A stretch of 64,000 bases of DNA from Candidatus Hermodarchaeota archaeon (GCA_016839805.1 JAEOTO010000032.1:64001-128000), one strand, 5' to 3'. Shown: positions 50,062 through 59,754, counted from the first letter of the stretch. Notes: generated by a model from the letters alone, not told the origin. Numbers and translations are program-made.

Positions 50062-51954
50062 GTGAAACTCATGGATATCGCTGAGATTCTAACAAAAGAC
50101 GAACCTGGTAAACGTCATCTCCTTCTTGGAAACGAAGCAATTGCTCGAGGTGCCATCGAAGCGGGATTAGAACTCGCATCAACCTATCCAGGTACGCCTT
50201 CGTCTGAGATAGGTGATAGTTTATTCCGGGCAGTTAAGCAAGGAAAATACTTCTTCGAATATTGCACCAACGAAAAGGTTGCCATGGAGGTTGCAGGTGC
50301 CGCAGCAGTAGCTAACGCTCGATCTCTTGTTATCATGAAACATGTGGGACTCAATGTAGCATCAGACGCGTTTATGACATTGAATTACATTGGTGTACGT
50401 GCAGGGCTTGTTATTGTATCAGCTGATGACCCAGGGTGTTGGAGTTCCCAAAATGAACAGGATAATCGTCTCTACGCAATGCTTGGCGACACTATGATGC
50501 TTGAACCAGCGGATCCTCAAGAAGCCAAAGAAATGACAATTGCAGCCTTTGATCTTTCTGAAGAACTCGAACAACCTGTTTTACTTCGCGTCACAACTCG
50601 AGTGAGCCATACTCGAGCAGGAGTTGAGTTGGGGCCCATTCGCGAACCAAGGAATAATCCCAATTTTGAACGAGATCCCTTTCGATTCGTCACCGTTCCT
50701 TCTGTTGCCCGAATACGGCATCCAATTTTGGTTGAAAAAGTAAAACAAGCCACTGAACTATCAGAAAAAAGTGAATGGAACAGAATTTATGATAAAGGAA
50801 GGCTAGGAATAATTACGTCAGGTGTTAGTTTTAACTATGTTATGGAAGCCCTGGAAGCTCTTCAGATTAAAGCAGCCATTTTCAAGATAGGAATGACCTA
50901 TCCGCTACCTAAAAAGAAACTCCAAAAATTCATTGCTTCAAAGGAACAGGTGATTGTCGTTGAAGAGTTGAAGCCATACCTTGAGAATCACGCACGAGCT
51001 TTTTCGCAGGAAGAGAGTATAATCACACCAATTTTAGGAAAAAGCCAGGGGTACTTCTCAGAAATTGGTGAACTCAGTCCTCGAAAAGTTATGGAGGGAA
51101 TAGCTCAAGCACTAGGCAAAGAGATTCCACCAGATTTCCGTGCAATCGATGAAAAATTCTCTGAAGACCTAGTTGAATCTCCTCCCCGACCTCCAATTCT
51201 TTGTGCCGGATGTCCTCACAGAGCCACCTTCTACGAAGTTGCAACAGCCACTGGACGAAAAGGTGTTTACCCAACAGACATTGGTTGTTACACTCTGGCC
51301 ATTCAACCTCCTCTTGAGATGGCAGATCTCTTACTTTGTATGGGTTCAAGCATAGGTACTTCTTGTGGGCTAACAGCTGTTCTGGATAAACCCATTATTG
51401 GGGCAATCGGTGACTCCACATTTTTCCATTCAGGAATTCCAGGACTAGTTAATGCCGTCTACAATCAACACCCTGTAAAAATTATTGTTGTTGATAATCA
51501 CACAACAGCAATGACGGGTCATCAACCTCACCCCGGAACAGGGATTACTGGAATGGGAGTTAAAGGACAAGGGATAAGCATTGAAGAAGTAGCACGAGGA
51601 GTTGGGATTCAATTTGTCAAAGTTATTAATCCCCTTAAAGTCAAGGAATCTATAAGAGCCATTCGTGAAGCTGTTTCATTTGATGGCCCTGCTGTAATTA
51701 TTTCAAGAAGCCCCTGTGCTCTTGTCGAAAGAGCGAGAAAACGCCGTGAGAATGAACCGATTATTCCTTATGAGGTAAATCCAGAGGTTTGCCAAGGATG
51801 TCGGGTCTGCATAGATAAACTTGGTTGTGCTGCAGCTATTTGGGAAGGGGAACATGCTGCAATTGATTCTGATCTCTGCTCTGGCTGTGGAGTCTGTGCA
51901 GAAATTTGTCCGTATAAGGCAATTCGGGAAATTGAGATCAATGAAAGAGTTTAA
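50062..51954 (+). CDS. iorA: Indolepyruvate:ferredoxin oxidoreductase alpha subunit
   Basis: GNEAIARG, YPGTPSSE, MKHVGLN, SSQNEQD, RPP.LC.GCPHR, DIGCY, GDSTF.H, C-terminal ferredoxin. Confidence 0.97.
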   Translation: MKLMDIAEILTKDEPGKRHLLLGNEAIARGAIEAGLELASTYPGTPSSEIGDSLFRAVKQGKYFFEYCTNEKVAMEVAGAAAVANARSLVIMKHVGLNVASDAFMTLNYIGVRAGLVIVSADDPGCWSSQNEQDNRLYAMLGDTMMLEPADPQEAKEMTIAAFDLSEELEQPVLLRVTTRVSHTRAGVELGPIREPRNNPNFERDPFRFVTVPSVARIRHPILVEKVKQATELSEKSEWNRIYDKGRLGIITSGVSFNYVMEALEALQIKAAIFKIGMTYPLPKKKLQKFIASKEQVIVVEELKPYLENHARAFSQEESIITPILGKSQGYFSEIGELSPRKVMEGIAQALGKEIPPDFRAIDEKFSEDLVESPPRPPILCAGCPHRATFYEVATATGRKGVYPTDIGCYTLAIQPPLEMADLLLCMGSSIGTSCGLTAVLDKPIIGAIGDSTFFHSGIPGLVNAVYNQHPVKIIVVDNHTTAMTGHQPHPGTGITGMGVKGQGISIEEVARGVGIQFVKVINPLKVKESIRAIREAVSFDGPAVIISRSPCALVERARKRRENEPIIPYEVNPEVCQGCRVCIDKLGCAAAIWEGEHAAIDSDLCSGCGVCAEICPYKAIREIEINERV

Positions 51955-52543
51955 CATAATGTTCACAGGTGTCGGTGGTACTGGTGTTCTGACCGCCGCT
52001 CGGGTTTTAGCAACTGCGGCACTCATTGAAGGACAAAACGTTAGAATGGGAGAAATTCATGGTATGGCACAACGGGGAGGAGCGGTCAACTGCACGATTC
52101 GAATCGGATCATCCGTTCATGGACCTATTGTTCCAACGGGTAAAGCAGATGTACTTCTAAGTGTTGAGCCTGTTGAAGCCCTGCGAAACGTTGATCGTAT
52201 TATGCCAACAGGGACCATAATTGTTGGACAATACCAAATCGTTCCAACCGCTGTATTGCTAGGACGGGCGGAATACCCCAGTGATAAAGAGATTCTTAGA
52301 GATCTGAGCAAATTTGCGAAAGTAGTCACTTTTGATGCCGCAAGCTTGGCTCAGGATGCAGGAAGCCTCCTAACTATGAATACCGTATTAATCGGTGCTG
52401 CATTGGGGTTGAATCTACTTCCATTAAACGAAGAATCAATTATTTCGGCGATAAAAGACGTTTTACCTGCACGATATCATAACATGAACATCTCAGCTTT
52501 ACAAAAAGGAAAAAATGCGCCTAAACAAACTATTAACGTCTAA
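51941..52543 (+). CDS. iorB: Indolepyruvate:ferredoxin oxidoreductase beta subunit
   Basis: GVGG.G, E.HGMAQRGG.V, EP.EALR; ATG 51941. Confidence 0.96.
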   Translation: MKEFNIMFTGVGGTGVLTAARVLATAALIEGQNVRMGEIHGMAQRGGAVNCTIRIGSSVHGPIVPTGKADVLLSVEPVEALRNVDRIMPTGTIIVGQYQIVPTAVLLGRAEYPSDKEILRDLSKFAKVVTFDAASLAQDAGSLLTMNTVLIGAALGLNLLPLNEESIISAIKDVLPARYHNMNISALQKGKNAPKQTINV

Positions 52544-53463
52544 CGTTGTAAAGCAATTGACGCATATCCCACAATTGCGTCTGAACTTCCCCTGATATCA
52601 TAACTTGTTGCATACTTGAGTGATTTTCCTTTCGATGCACCCAGTTGTTGGGCAGCTACTATCGTTGCAGCTACGGGGCTTGCACCACACATCGTTCGTC
52701 GTTCTTCCACGACAGTTTCCAAAAGAGCCTTGCCATCCAATTGCTCAATTTTTTGAATAAGATCTCCATCAGTATCGTGAACCCATTTGACAATTTTATC
52801 AATAGGACCACTCCCAACAGGGGCATAGTTATAGAAATATTGTCCATAGTGCGTGAAATCTGTGCTAGCGATAATGATAACATCCCGTTTGCTTTTCTTA
52901 ACCGCTTCAGCGATGGTCTTACCTACCTTTTCACAAACCGAGTAATTTTGTGAAGAGATTACCAGCGGAACAATTTGAAAAGGATGGTTTTGACCTAAAA
53001 ATTGAAGGAACGGTAATTGTACTTCTAATGAATGCTCGCCATAATGAGCCTCTGTATCTTCAATAATGCATTTTGATCCCGAATCTTGGCTTTGCTTGAG
53101 TAACTGTTGAGCAAGTGAAGTGTCAATTTCGCGTTTTCCTAGAGGTGTTTCCCACAGGCCTTCAGCCATAACAACGGCACCTTGAAAGCGTAAGAAGCCA
53201 TGTTTGGGACCAATCAGAATGAAGGTTTCAGGAAAGCCCTCTTGTGCAATGAGATTGTATAGATGAGAAGCAACTGGACCCGAGTAAATGAACCCAGCAT
53301 GAGGTGCTACCCCAGCAACCAAACCCTCTAATCTCTTGGCGCTTACTTTAGGAACAGTTCCCACCCCCTGGGGGCCGGAAAAGGCTGCTTCAATAGCTTT
53401 TTTTAGAGCATTTTTTTCTGGTGGATAGAAACCGATTGCACATGGTGGTCGCACTTGACCCAT
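52540..53463 (-). CDS. MEMO1 family protein
   Basis: PHAG..YSG, GP.H, W.TPLG, EHS.EVQLPF, ASTDFTHYG, MCG, VGYA. Confidence 0.96.
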   Translation of the reverse strand: MGQVRPPCAIGFYPPEKNALKKAIEAAFSGPQGVGTVPKVSAKRLEGLVAGVAPHAGFIYSGPVASHLYNLIAQEGFPETFILIGPKHGFLRFQGAVVMAEGLWETPLGKREIDTSLAQQLLKQSQDSGSKCIIEDTEAHYGEHSLEVQLPFLQFLGQNHPFQIVPLVISSQNYSVCEKVGKTIAEAVKKSKRDVIIIASTDFTHYGQYFYNYAPVGSGPIDKIVKWVHDTDGDLIQKIEQLDGKALLETVVEERRTMCGASPVAATIVAAQQLGASKGKSLKYATSYDIRGSSDAIVGYASIALQR

Positions 53464-53532
53464 AAAGTCACGTCCATATTACTCTTAACGCGGTAAGCAA
53501 AAAGGTTTTTTCGCTAGTTACACTGTGTCGAT

Positions 53533-54309
53533 GTGGTAGTTGAAATGAGCAAACGCATGGATGACAGCGCCATCCGTGCCCTCAGGAACCTAGGGCTAAG
53601 TAGTTACGAAGCACGAGTGTATATCTCCTTGGTCCGGAATGGGGCACTTACAGCTAGCGAAGTGAGTTCACAATCGCGAATTCCCTTTAGTAGAGTGTAT
53701 GATGTCTTAGCAGCTTTGGAACGTGGAGGTTGGATAACCGTTGAACAGGGACGTCCAAAACGATACGTGCCTAAGAGCCCACGGGAAACTTCAAAGGCAG
53801 CTGTTCTTAATGCCCAAGAGCGGTTATCGGATTGGGAGCAACGCGTTATCGAAGATTTACAACCTCTTTTCGATGAAAAGACAAGGATTTCAGCTCCCGA
53901 AGTTCACATTCTCCATGGATCTAATAATGTTCGAGCAAAACTGAATGTCGCACTTGGTCAGGCAGAACGCATCGTTCTCTTATCTTGGGGAATCATAAGT
54001 GAAGAGGACATTGATTTCATTAGCCCCACATTACTCCATCTTCGGGATAAGGGTGTGAAATTCCAGATTCTAGTATCTGAGCAAACGTTGACCGATAAGG
54101 TAAGGCGACTCATTTTAGCAGTGGGAGATGGACGAAAACGCAAAGAAATCTATGGGGGAGGAGCGATTATAGATGAAAAACAAGCCATTATTATGTTGAC
54201 CACAAAACCCGATGAATCATTAGCAATCTGGTCTCGCCACACCGAGTTAGCTGAACTGGCAAAAATTTACTTTCTATACCTCTATAATTCAGCTCAACCA
54301 CTTACATGA
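53533..54309 (+). CDS. TrmB family transcriptional regulator
   Basis: LGLS.YEARVY, IP.SRVYDVL..L...G, GRP..Y, I.D.K. Confidence 0.93.
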   Translation: MVVEMSKRMDDSAIRALRNLGLSSYEARVYISLVRNGALTASEVSSQSRIPFSRVYDVLAALERGGWITVEQGRPKRYVPKSPRETSKAAVLNAQERLSDWEQRVIEDLQPLFDEKTRISAPEVHILHGSNNVRAKLNVALGQAERIVLLSWGIISEEDIDFISPTLLHLRDKGVKFQILVSEQTLTDKVRRLILAVGDGRKRKEIYGGGAIIDEKQAIIMLTTKPDESLAIWSRHTELAELAKIYFLYLYNSAQPLT

Positions 54310-54315
54310 CCTGTT

Positions 54316-54630
54316 TTATTGTGTTTCCTGTGCTTCATGCTGAAGTTTGTCAAGGAGGACAATAGCAACTCCCAAGGGAACACGAAGTTGGACCGCAAGT
54401 TCTTCCGGAGTAATGGATTGTCGTTGGGGAAGAATATTGGTACGGGTGTAATCAAGAAGATGCGGGTATAGAACCATTGATTTTACAGTCTCTTCTAATA
54501 TCGAGGGCCAATCCCGTAAATCAGAACCATCCGCTTCGACAACCTCAATTGTTTTCTTTTCTTCACTCTTCTCGTCTTTTTCTTCACTCTTCTTTTTTTT
54601 CTTAAAATATTGGTCCAGTCCAAAACTCAT
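54316..54630 (-). CDS. Hypothetical protein with charged N-terminus and C-terminal HTH-like segment
   Basis: LDQYF, poly-K, KSEEK x2, ITPEELAVQLRVPLGVAIVLL. Confidence 0.65.
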   Translation of the reverse strand: MSFGLDQYFKKKKKSEEKDEKSEEKKTIEVVEADGSDLRDWPSILEETVKSMVLYPHLLDYTRTNILPQRQSITPEELAVQLRVPLGVAIVLLDKLQHEAQETQ

Positions 54631-54675
54631 TAGAAGATTCCCAGGTGAGGAAGGCTAATTAAGTTAATTAGGCTT

Positions 54676-55431
54676 GTGGCATGGATGGTATTGATGCCAC
54701 GGGAAGGATACTATATCATACGATGCCCCAAATGTGGAAGATACACTTACGCCCCCACGCGACAGAAAACTCGTCTTTGCGTCTTTTGTCAGCGAATTTT
54801 TAAAATTAATCCACTAAACGCTATCTATGTCGATACCGCAGAAAGGGCGAGAACGCGGGTAAAATTTTACCAAACAGGGAAACACCACCAGGAGTTTATG
54901 AATGCAGTTGAAAAATCACGGAAATCAATTCAATCCCTAATCCCACAAGAGAGTGTTAATTTAACGGAAATCCAGGAAATTACAACCGAAGTTCAACCCA
55001 CTTCCACTCGTCGACGCGAATTAGAACGAATACTTAACCAACATGCACGAATCACCAACATTGATTTACAGCAACTTGAACAGGAATGTCAAAAAGCAGG
55101 GATACCTTGGGAGTGGGCATCCCAACAAATTGAGGTGCTCATCCGATCAGGCCACATCATCGCCCCTAAACCCTGGCAAATTCGATTGGTAGCCGATGTA
55201 ACCGAACCGACTAAGACAAAAACCAAAAAAGTAAGTCCTACTAAACTCGCACAAACGATCGGGAAAATAATTCGGAAATCACCTACACCGATCAGCCACA
55301 CTCAGCTCCTTGAGCAAATGAACAGAGAATCCATTTCAAGTGTTGATGTCGAAGAAGCTTTAACCCTCTTGAAACTTCAAGGTTATATTCTCATCACCCC
55401 CAAGGGAACCTACAAGTGGACTGCGGATTAG
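54676..55431 (+). CDS. DUF1922-like Zn-ribbon protein with two predicted winged-helix domains
   Basis: Y.IIRCPKCGR..Y......TR.C.FC; C-terminal L...G.I..P..G.Y WH-type ends, twice. Confidence 0.7.
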   Translation: MAWMVLMPREGYYIIRCPKCGRYTYAPTRQKTRLCVFCQRIFKINPLNAIYVDTAERARTRVKFYQTGKHHQEFMNAVEKSRKSIQSLIPQESVNLTEIQEITTEVQPTSTRRRELERILNQHARITNIDLQQLEQECQKAGIPWEWASQQIEVLIRSGHIIAPKPWQIRLVADVTEPTKTKTKKVSPTKLAQTIGKIIRKSPTPISHTQLLEQMNRESISSVDVEEALTLLKLQGYILITPKGTYKWTAD

Positions 55432-55491
55432 ACCAGAAGAAACGATTGATAAGTTTTAAACGTCCATTCTAGATTAAATGGAGCGTAGAGA

Positions 55492-55869
55492 TTGCCTGCT
55501 GTTTATTACCTGGCTCGCCAGATGCATCGTCAACTTTCAGGAGCCCTCATAGATTATGTGCTCCTATTATGGCTCTACTCAAATCCTCATGAAACGCGCC
55601 GTCGAAGTCTAGCTTCTCTACGCCATGTCCTGAAACATACCCCAGAATTTCAGCGACATGATGGCAAACCTAATGTCACAGAAGACGAGTTAAACCAGAT
55701 CGTCTTTATTGCCCTCAAAAGACTAAAGGAGAAAGGGTTTGTCACCGTTTATTCCCAAAACCAGTTTAGCGCTCAGATTTCTTTAACAGAAAAGGGCATT
55801 GAATTTATTCGGTCTTCACTCTCATCAGAATCGATACAGTTCTTAGAAGACTCAGGTCATATGACTTAA
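55492..55869 (+). CDS. Winged-helix DNA-binding protein
   Basis: ALKRLKEKGFV....ISLTEKG wing motif. Confidence 0.7.
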   Translation: MPAVYYLARQMHRQLSGALIDYVLLLWLYSNPHETRRRSLASLRHVLKHTPEFQRHDGKPNVTEDELNQIVFIALKRLKEKGFVTVYSQNQFSAQISLTEKGIEFIRSSLSSESIQFLEDSGHMT

Positions 55870-55956
55870 GCCACCAAACTCGTTACGTTCGCCTAAAGTA
55901 TATTTAGGACATAAGCTCTATTTACAGAAAGTCTTTTCCCGCGGAGATTAGTTGAT

Positions 55957-56622
55957 TTGGTGTCCAAGGCAGGAACGAAGGATGCAGCACGGTCGGATCT
56001 TGAAGCCCCAACAGTCTATTTGAAACAAGCATACCGCCTATACGTTTCAAAGCAAGTGCGACAAGACCTAATTCTTCCTACTCTGCGAATTCTTGCAACC
56101 CACCTAGGAACCAAGGAACTCGGTCGAGAACCTGAAGCCTTGTATGCTGCAGCCCTTTACATTGCTTTTCGTCATCCCAACACCTACCCGAACCTCGTGC
56201 CTCGAAGTTATTTTTGTGCTAAAAATTTCAAGAACACAAAGCGTTTACCACCGGAACCCATTTTTCGAGAAGCATTTTCGGTTAAAGACTCTAGTATCGA
56301 TTGGTACACAAAACGGATTGTCGACAAATTAAGTATAGTAATCCTTTATGATGAACGGGGATTACCCTATTTTCTTGAAAGAACAGGTCCTATCTATAGA
56401 TTAATTGACGCCTTGGCGGAAGAAGCGTCGATTGATGCAGTTCTAACCTCTGAGATTGTTAATCGACGTGAACTCCTCGAACCTATTGTAAGTGGGTTGT
56501 TAAACCGAATTTTCACTGTCTTACAGCTACTTCCTAGAATCTTTTACAACTCGTTATACGAGCATTTAGTACCTCACGTAGAAGCATCGATTGAAAATGC
56601 GAAGTGGGTATTAGGAGTTTAG
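55957..56622 (+). CDS. Hypothetical protein with one TFB/cyclin-like repeat
   Basis: GREPEALYAAALYIAFR and FSVKDSSIDWYTKRIVDKL resemble TFB GR.P...AAAA.Y.A.R and ..[17 protein letters not shown]. Confidence 0.6.
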   Translation: MVSKAGTKDAARSDLEAPTVYLKQAYRLYVSKQVRQDLILPTLRILATHLGTKELGREPEALYAAALYIAFRHPNTYPNLVPRSYFCAKNFKNTKRLPPEPIFREAFSVKDSSIDWYTKRIVDKLSIVILYDERGLPYFLERTGPIYRLIDALAEEASIDAVLTSEIVNRRELLEPIVSGLLNRIFTVLQLLPRIFYNSLYEHLVPHVEASIENAKWVLGV

Positions 56623-56921
56623 CCCCCGTTTTCCATATGGGTTTTGACTTCTTCGACAACGGTTCGTCCTGCGACTACCTGATCAATTGAGTGAACAGAT
56701 GCGCCACACGCTTCAAGCGCCGCTTTCACCTCTTCAAATTGAAGGTTGTCACCTTCAACCGTTACCTTAATTGACTCTGTATGGGAGTCGACTTCAACAA
56801 GGGCTACGTTAACACCTACGACCCCGTCTATTTTTCCTACTAAGTTTGCGATGTCGACAAGATTTGGTACATGTGGTTTAAGGACATCGAGCACAAGTCG
56901 TTTAATACCAGAACTAGACAT
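56619..56921 (-). CDS. DUF211 family protein
   Basis: RLVLDVLKPH.P, GVN, E.D, T.EG, HSID.V.AG. Confidence 0.93.
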   Translation of the reverse strand: MSSSGIKRLVLDVLKPHVPNLVDIANLVGKIDGVVGVNVALVEVDSHTESIKVTVEGDNLQFEEVKAALEACGASVHSIDQVVAGRTVVEEVKTHMENGG

Positions 56922-57054
56922 TGGATTCTCCTTATAGAAGAATTGCTTCAGTCTTTTCTATCTATTGTATTTTTGAATCTATCTGACTTTCCTTGAGAAA
57001 GTAATAACTTTTGGAAGAACTATTCGATTTTCACTACTAAAGTTACAGATTTTT

Positions 57055-58239
57055 TTATTCAGTGTGAACACGAAACAGGTCGATATCACCTTGCATTTGG
57101 GTGAGGAACTCTCGGGTAGATCGTTCAACATCTCGTGATTGAGTGATGTATCGTCCAACAACAATGATATCGGCTTTGGCTTTGAGAGCAGCTTGAATGT
57201 TATCCGGCCGAATTCCACCTGCCACGGAAACAAGTAATCGCTTTCCTTTGAAAGCCGCTTTCACCTCTTTTACAACATCCCAGCGATGTTCTGCGCGACC
57301 TTCAGTATCGATGCCTCGATGCATGATTACTACATTGGGTGGCATTTTCAAACTCTGAAGCTTTGCTAATGGATCTTCGACATTCATCATGTCCACAAAT
57401 GAATAGATGCCGAGTCGGTTGGTCTCATAAATGAATTGATCAATCGTATCCACAGAGGCTAATCCGGAGACAACTACTGCGTCTGCAGCCTCATCAAAGG
57501 CTAAATCAACCTCAACCTTTCCTACATCAAGAGTTTTTAGGTCAGCAACTAAGAATTTGTCTTTTGCTACTTCTCGTAAGTCACCAAGCACAGCCGTTCC
57601 GTAACGCTTGATAAGCGGAGTACCGGCCTCAAGAATTAGGTTATCACTTTTGGGTAATGCTGCAATGATCTTCTTGGTTTTTTCAAGGCTCGGAATATCT
57701 AAAGCAATCTGAAGATAGGGAGGTCGCCACAATCGTGGCACGCGAAAGCCCATGATGGGGTGAGTGGCACGATCTTTATCGTACATGATTTTATCCACCG
57801 GAGGATAGTTTGAAAGGGCGCGTTGAATTGAAAGTTTCGTAGCAGCGTAGTTGTAGTGGTAGATTCTACGGTAATCCTTCGCATCTGGATGAATAAACAC
57901 ACTGCAGATAACGACCCATTCGTCAGCCTTGGCCTTCGGAATTATGCCTTCTTCTAAAGCATCAGCCACGGCTTTAGCCACAGCAGCCTGGGCGGGTCCA
58001 AATATTTTCTCAGCATCACCCATATCCTTGACTGTTACCTTCGGAACAATCAGCGTATGAGGCTTGGGCGGTAAATTAGGTCGAATCACCGCCAACAATG
58101 GAGAATGCCCATGTGAAACATTAGTCATGCCCTGGGCAAAAGCGGTTCCAACAGGACCGGATTTCTCACCAATAATTAAATCAATATGGGCAATTTCGGG
58201 AGCTTTTCCTACTAGTGCTTCGCCGACAAGATACACCAT
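57055..58239 (-). CDS. fae-hps: Bifunctional formaldehyde-activating enzyme / 3-hexulose-6-phosphate synthase
   Basis: GEAL.G...[23 protein letters not shown]; then LQIALD, EAGTPL, ADLKTLD, HRGID, VAGG. Confidence 0.96.
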   Translation of the reverse strand: MVYLVGEALVGKAPEIAHIDLIIGEKSGPVGTAFAQGMTNVSHGHSPLLAVIRPNLPPKPHTLIVPKVTVKDMGDAEKIFGPAQAAVAKAVADALEEGIIPKAKADEWVVICSVFIHPDAKDYRRIYHYNYAATKLSIQRALSNYPPVDKIMYDKDRATHPIMGFRVPRLWRPPYLQIALDIPSLEKTKKIIAALPKSDNLILEAGTPLIKRYGTAVLGDLREVAKDKFLVADLKTLDVGKVEVDLAFDEAADAVVVSGLASVDTIDQFIYETNRLGIYSFVDMMNVEDPLAKLQSLKMPPNVVIMHRGIDTEGRAEHRWDVVKEVKAAFKGKRLLVSVAGGIRPDNIQAALKAKADIIVVGRYITQSRDVERSTREFLTQMQGDIDLFRVHTE

Positions 58240-58355
58240 GATTCGTCATCCCTGGTGCTAATAGCCATTCCCATAACCCTACCCTCCGTTATAATAACGT
58301 TTTGTGACAAAACAGACGTTTAATATTCGGAAAGAATTCTATGGAATCTTGTACC

Positions 58356-58535
58356 TCACCACGTAATTTCTCGTTGAAATAATAGATAATGGTTTATCCA
58401 GTTAGGATCGCCCGTCGCCTGATAAGTATGAAGCCGCCACCCTTCCTTCTGGTATTCAGCAATTACCCTCGCGATGTTCTTATGATGATTAACTTGCACA
58501 CAAATATATTCGAAATCAATATCAACCTGCTTCAA
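58356..58535 (-). CDS. DUF4177-like small protein (59 aa)
   Basis: Not in ORF track. MKQVDIDFEYICVQVNHHKNIARVIAEYQKEGWRLHTYQATGDPNWINHYLLFQREITW*; EY..V...EY..EGW.L...YLLF.R motif; GGTGA SD before TTG. Confidence 0.75.
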   Translation of the reverse strand: MKQVDIDFEYICVQVNHHKNIARVIAEYQKEGWRLHTYQATGDPNWINHYLLFQREITW

Positions 58536-58613
58536 GGAAATTTCACCTGCGATAAATCAGTAAGAATACGAATAAAAGCGTTAGCGACTCTATTATTCGA
58601 CTGGTGGGGAACA

Positions 58614-59104
58614 ATGGCCAAACCAAAGATTGATTATTCGGAGTACAGAAGACATGTAATTTCCCTGGCTAGTGTGATGACCTTTCTTGCAGGGTTCATT
58701 TTCACAGTCATTACTTTGCTTCTTAGCCAACTTCCAGATCTAAGCAGCGTAGTATTCTCAGTCAGTTTTTTGTGGCAATTCACACTATTTTTTTGACCAT
58801 CTTGTTTTATCTAATGCTGTTTGTAGTGTTTTATTCTCCTGTCATCAGTATTATCTTGGTTAGAGATCTTATACCAAAAGGCACAATGCCCACAGCAGCG
58901 AAAATTTACAATTTTGCGTATTCACTGATTTGGTTCGTGATTGGTATTCCTCTTATTCTGATGTTTGTTCTCTGGAATTTATATTATCTGGCGTTAGCAG
59001 CATCTGTTGTTTGGATACTGGTTATCATTGTTATGATATCCTTAGTTTTAAGAAGCGGTCAGATGAAAATTCGCGAAATACGTAAGAGGCTTCATAGCGA
59101 ATAA
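58614..59104 (+). pseudogene. Multi-TM membrane protein split by a frameshift in a T7 run (58788-58794)
   Basis: MAKPKID...QFTLFF* continues in another frame as LTILFYLMLF...; one extra T fuses them into a ~163-aa four-TM protein. Confidence 0.6.
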
Positions 59105-59358
59105 TTAGGAAGAAGATAAGACCTACTGTAAAAATTTCCGTGCCATTAATCTAAATTATGATTACAAGGTTTGTAACGTTCTATGAGGCTTATAACCACC
59201 CTTAAAGAGAGAAAAAATCAATTATTTTAGATTTCAAACAAGGCGTTATCGTAATTGATAGACAAGTTTTCTTGACCAAAACGTTAATACCGTAGGAATT
59301 ATACCGACTCTTCCTTGATTCCGATCTACTATGGAGGTGACGTGCATGGCAACTAATC

Positions 59359-59745
59359 ATGATGGGGTTGGCTGCGAAATCCTCCACCGAAGACTGGCTC
59401 TTCAATAGCTTACGTTCGACGCCGCAATTTCATAATTTATTGTTTCACCTAGCTTATGCTTTTACTCAATTGGCTAGAGCACGCTTAACACAAAAACAAC
59501 TTCACTTGCTGTTTGCGACCCGGCATACCCTTCGTTTTTATCCTGACCTTTCACCCACTGCACTGGCAGATTCTTTATCGAAGAAACTAGGGATGCCACT
59601 GAGTACAACCAAGTTTAACCTCACAATTCTCAAAGATGCAGGCTTGCTCGAAACAACGCCCACAAGTAACCGGCGAACTACGGCGCATTTGTCTTATGGT
59701 GGCCAACTTCTCACTCAACTTTTGCCCGAACCAAAAATGGAGTAA
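59359..59745 (+). CDS. Winged-helix (ArsR/MarR-like) protein
   Basis: LA..LS..LG.PLST.K.NL..LK.AGL....LS.GG. Confidence 0.7.
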   Translation: MMGLAAKSSTEDWLFNSLRSTPQFHNLLFHLAYAFTQLARARLTQKQLHLLFATRHTLRFYPDLSPTALADSLSKKLGMPLSTTKFNLTILKDAGLLETTPTSNRRTTAHLSYGGQLLTQLLPEPKME

Positions 59746-59754
59746 TTAATAATC

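Noticed and set aside
54556-54595. Short direct repeat TTTTCTTCACTCTTCT
   Set aside because: It simply encodes the duplicated KSEEK low-complexity peptide; not CRISPR or a mobile-element end.
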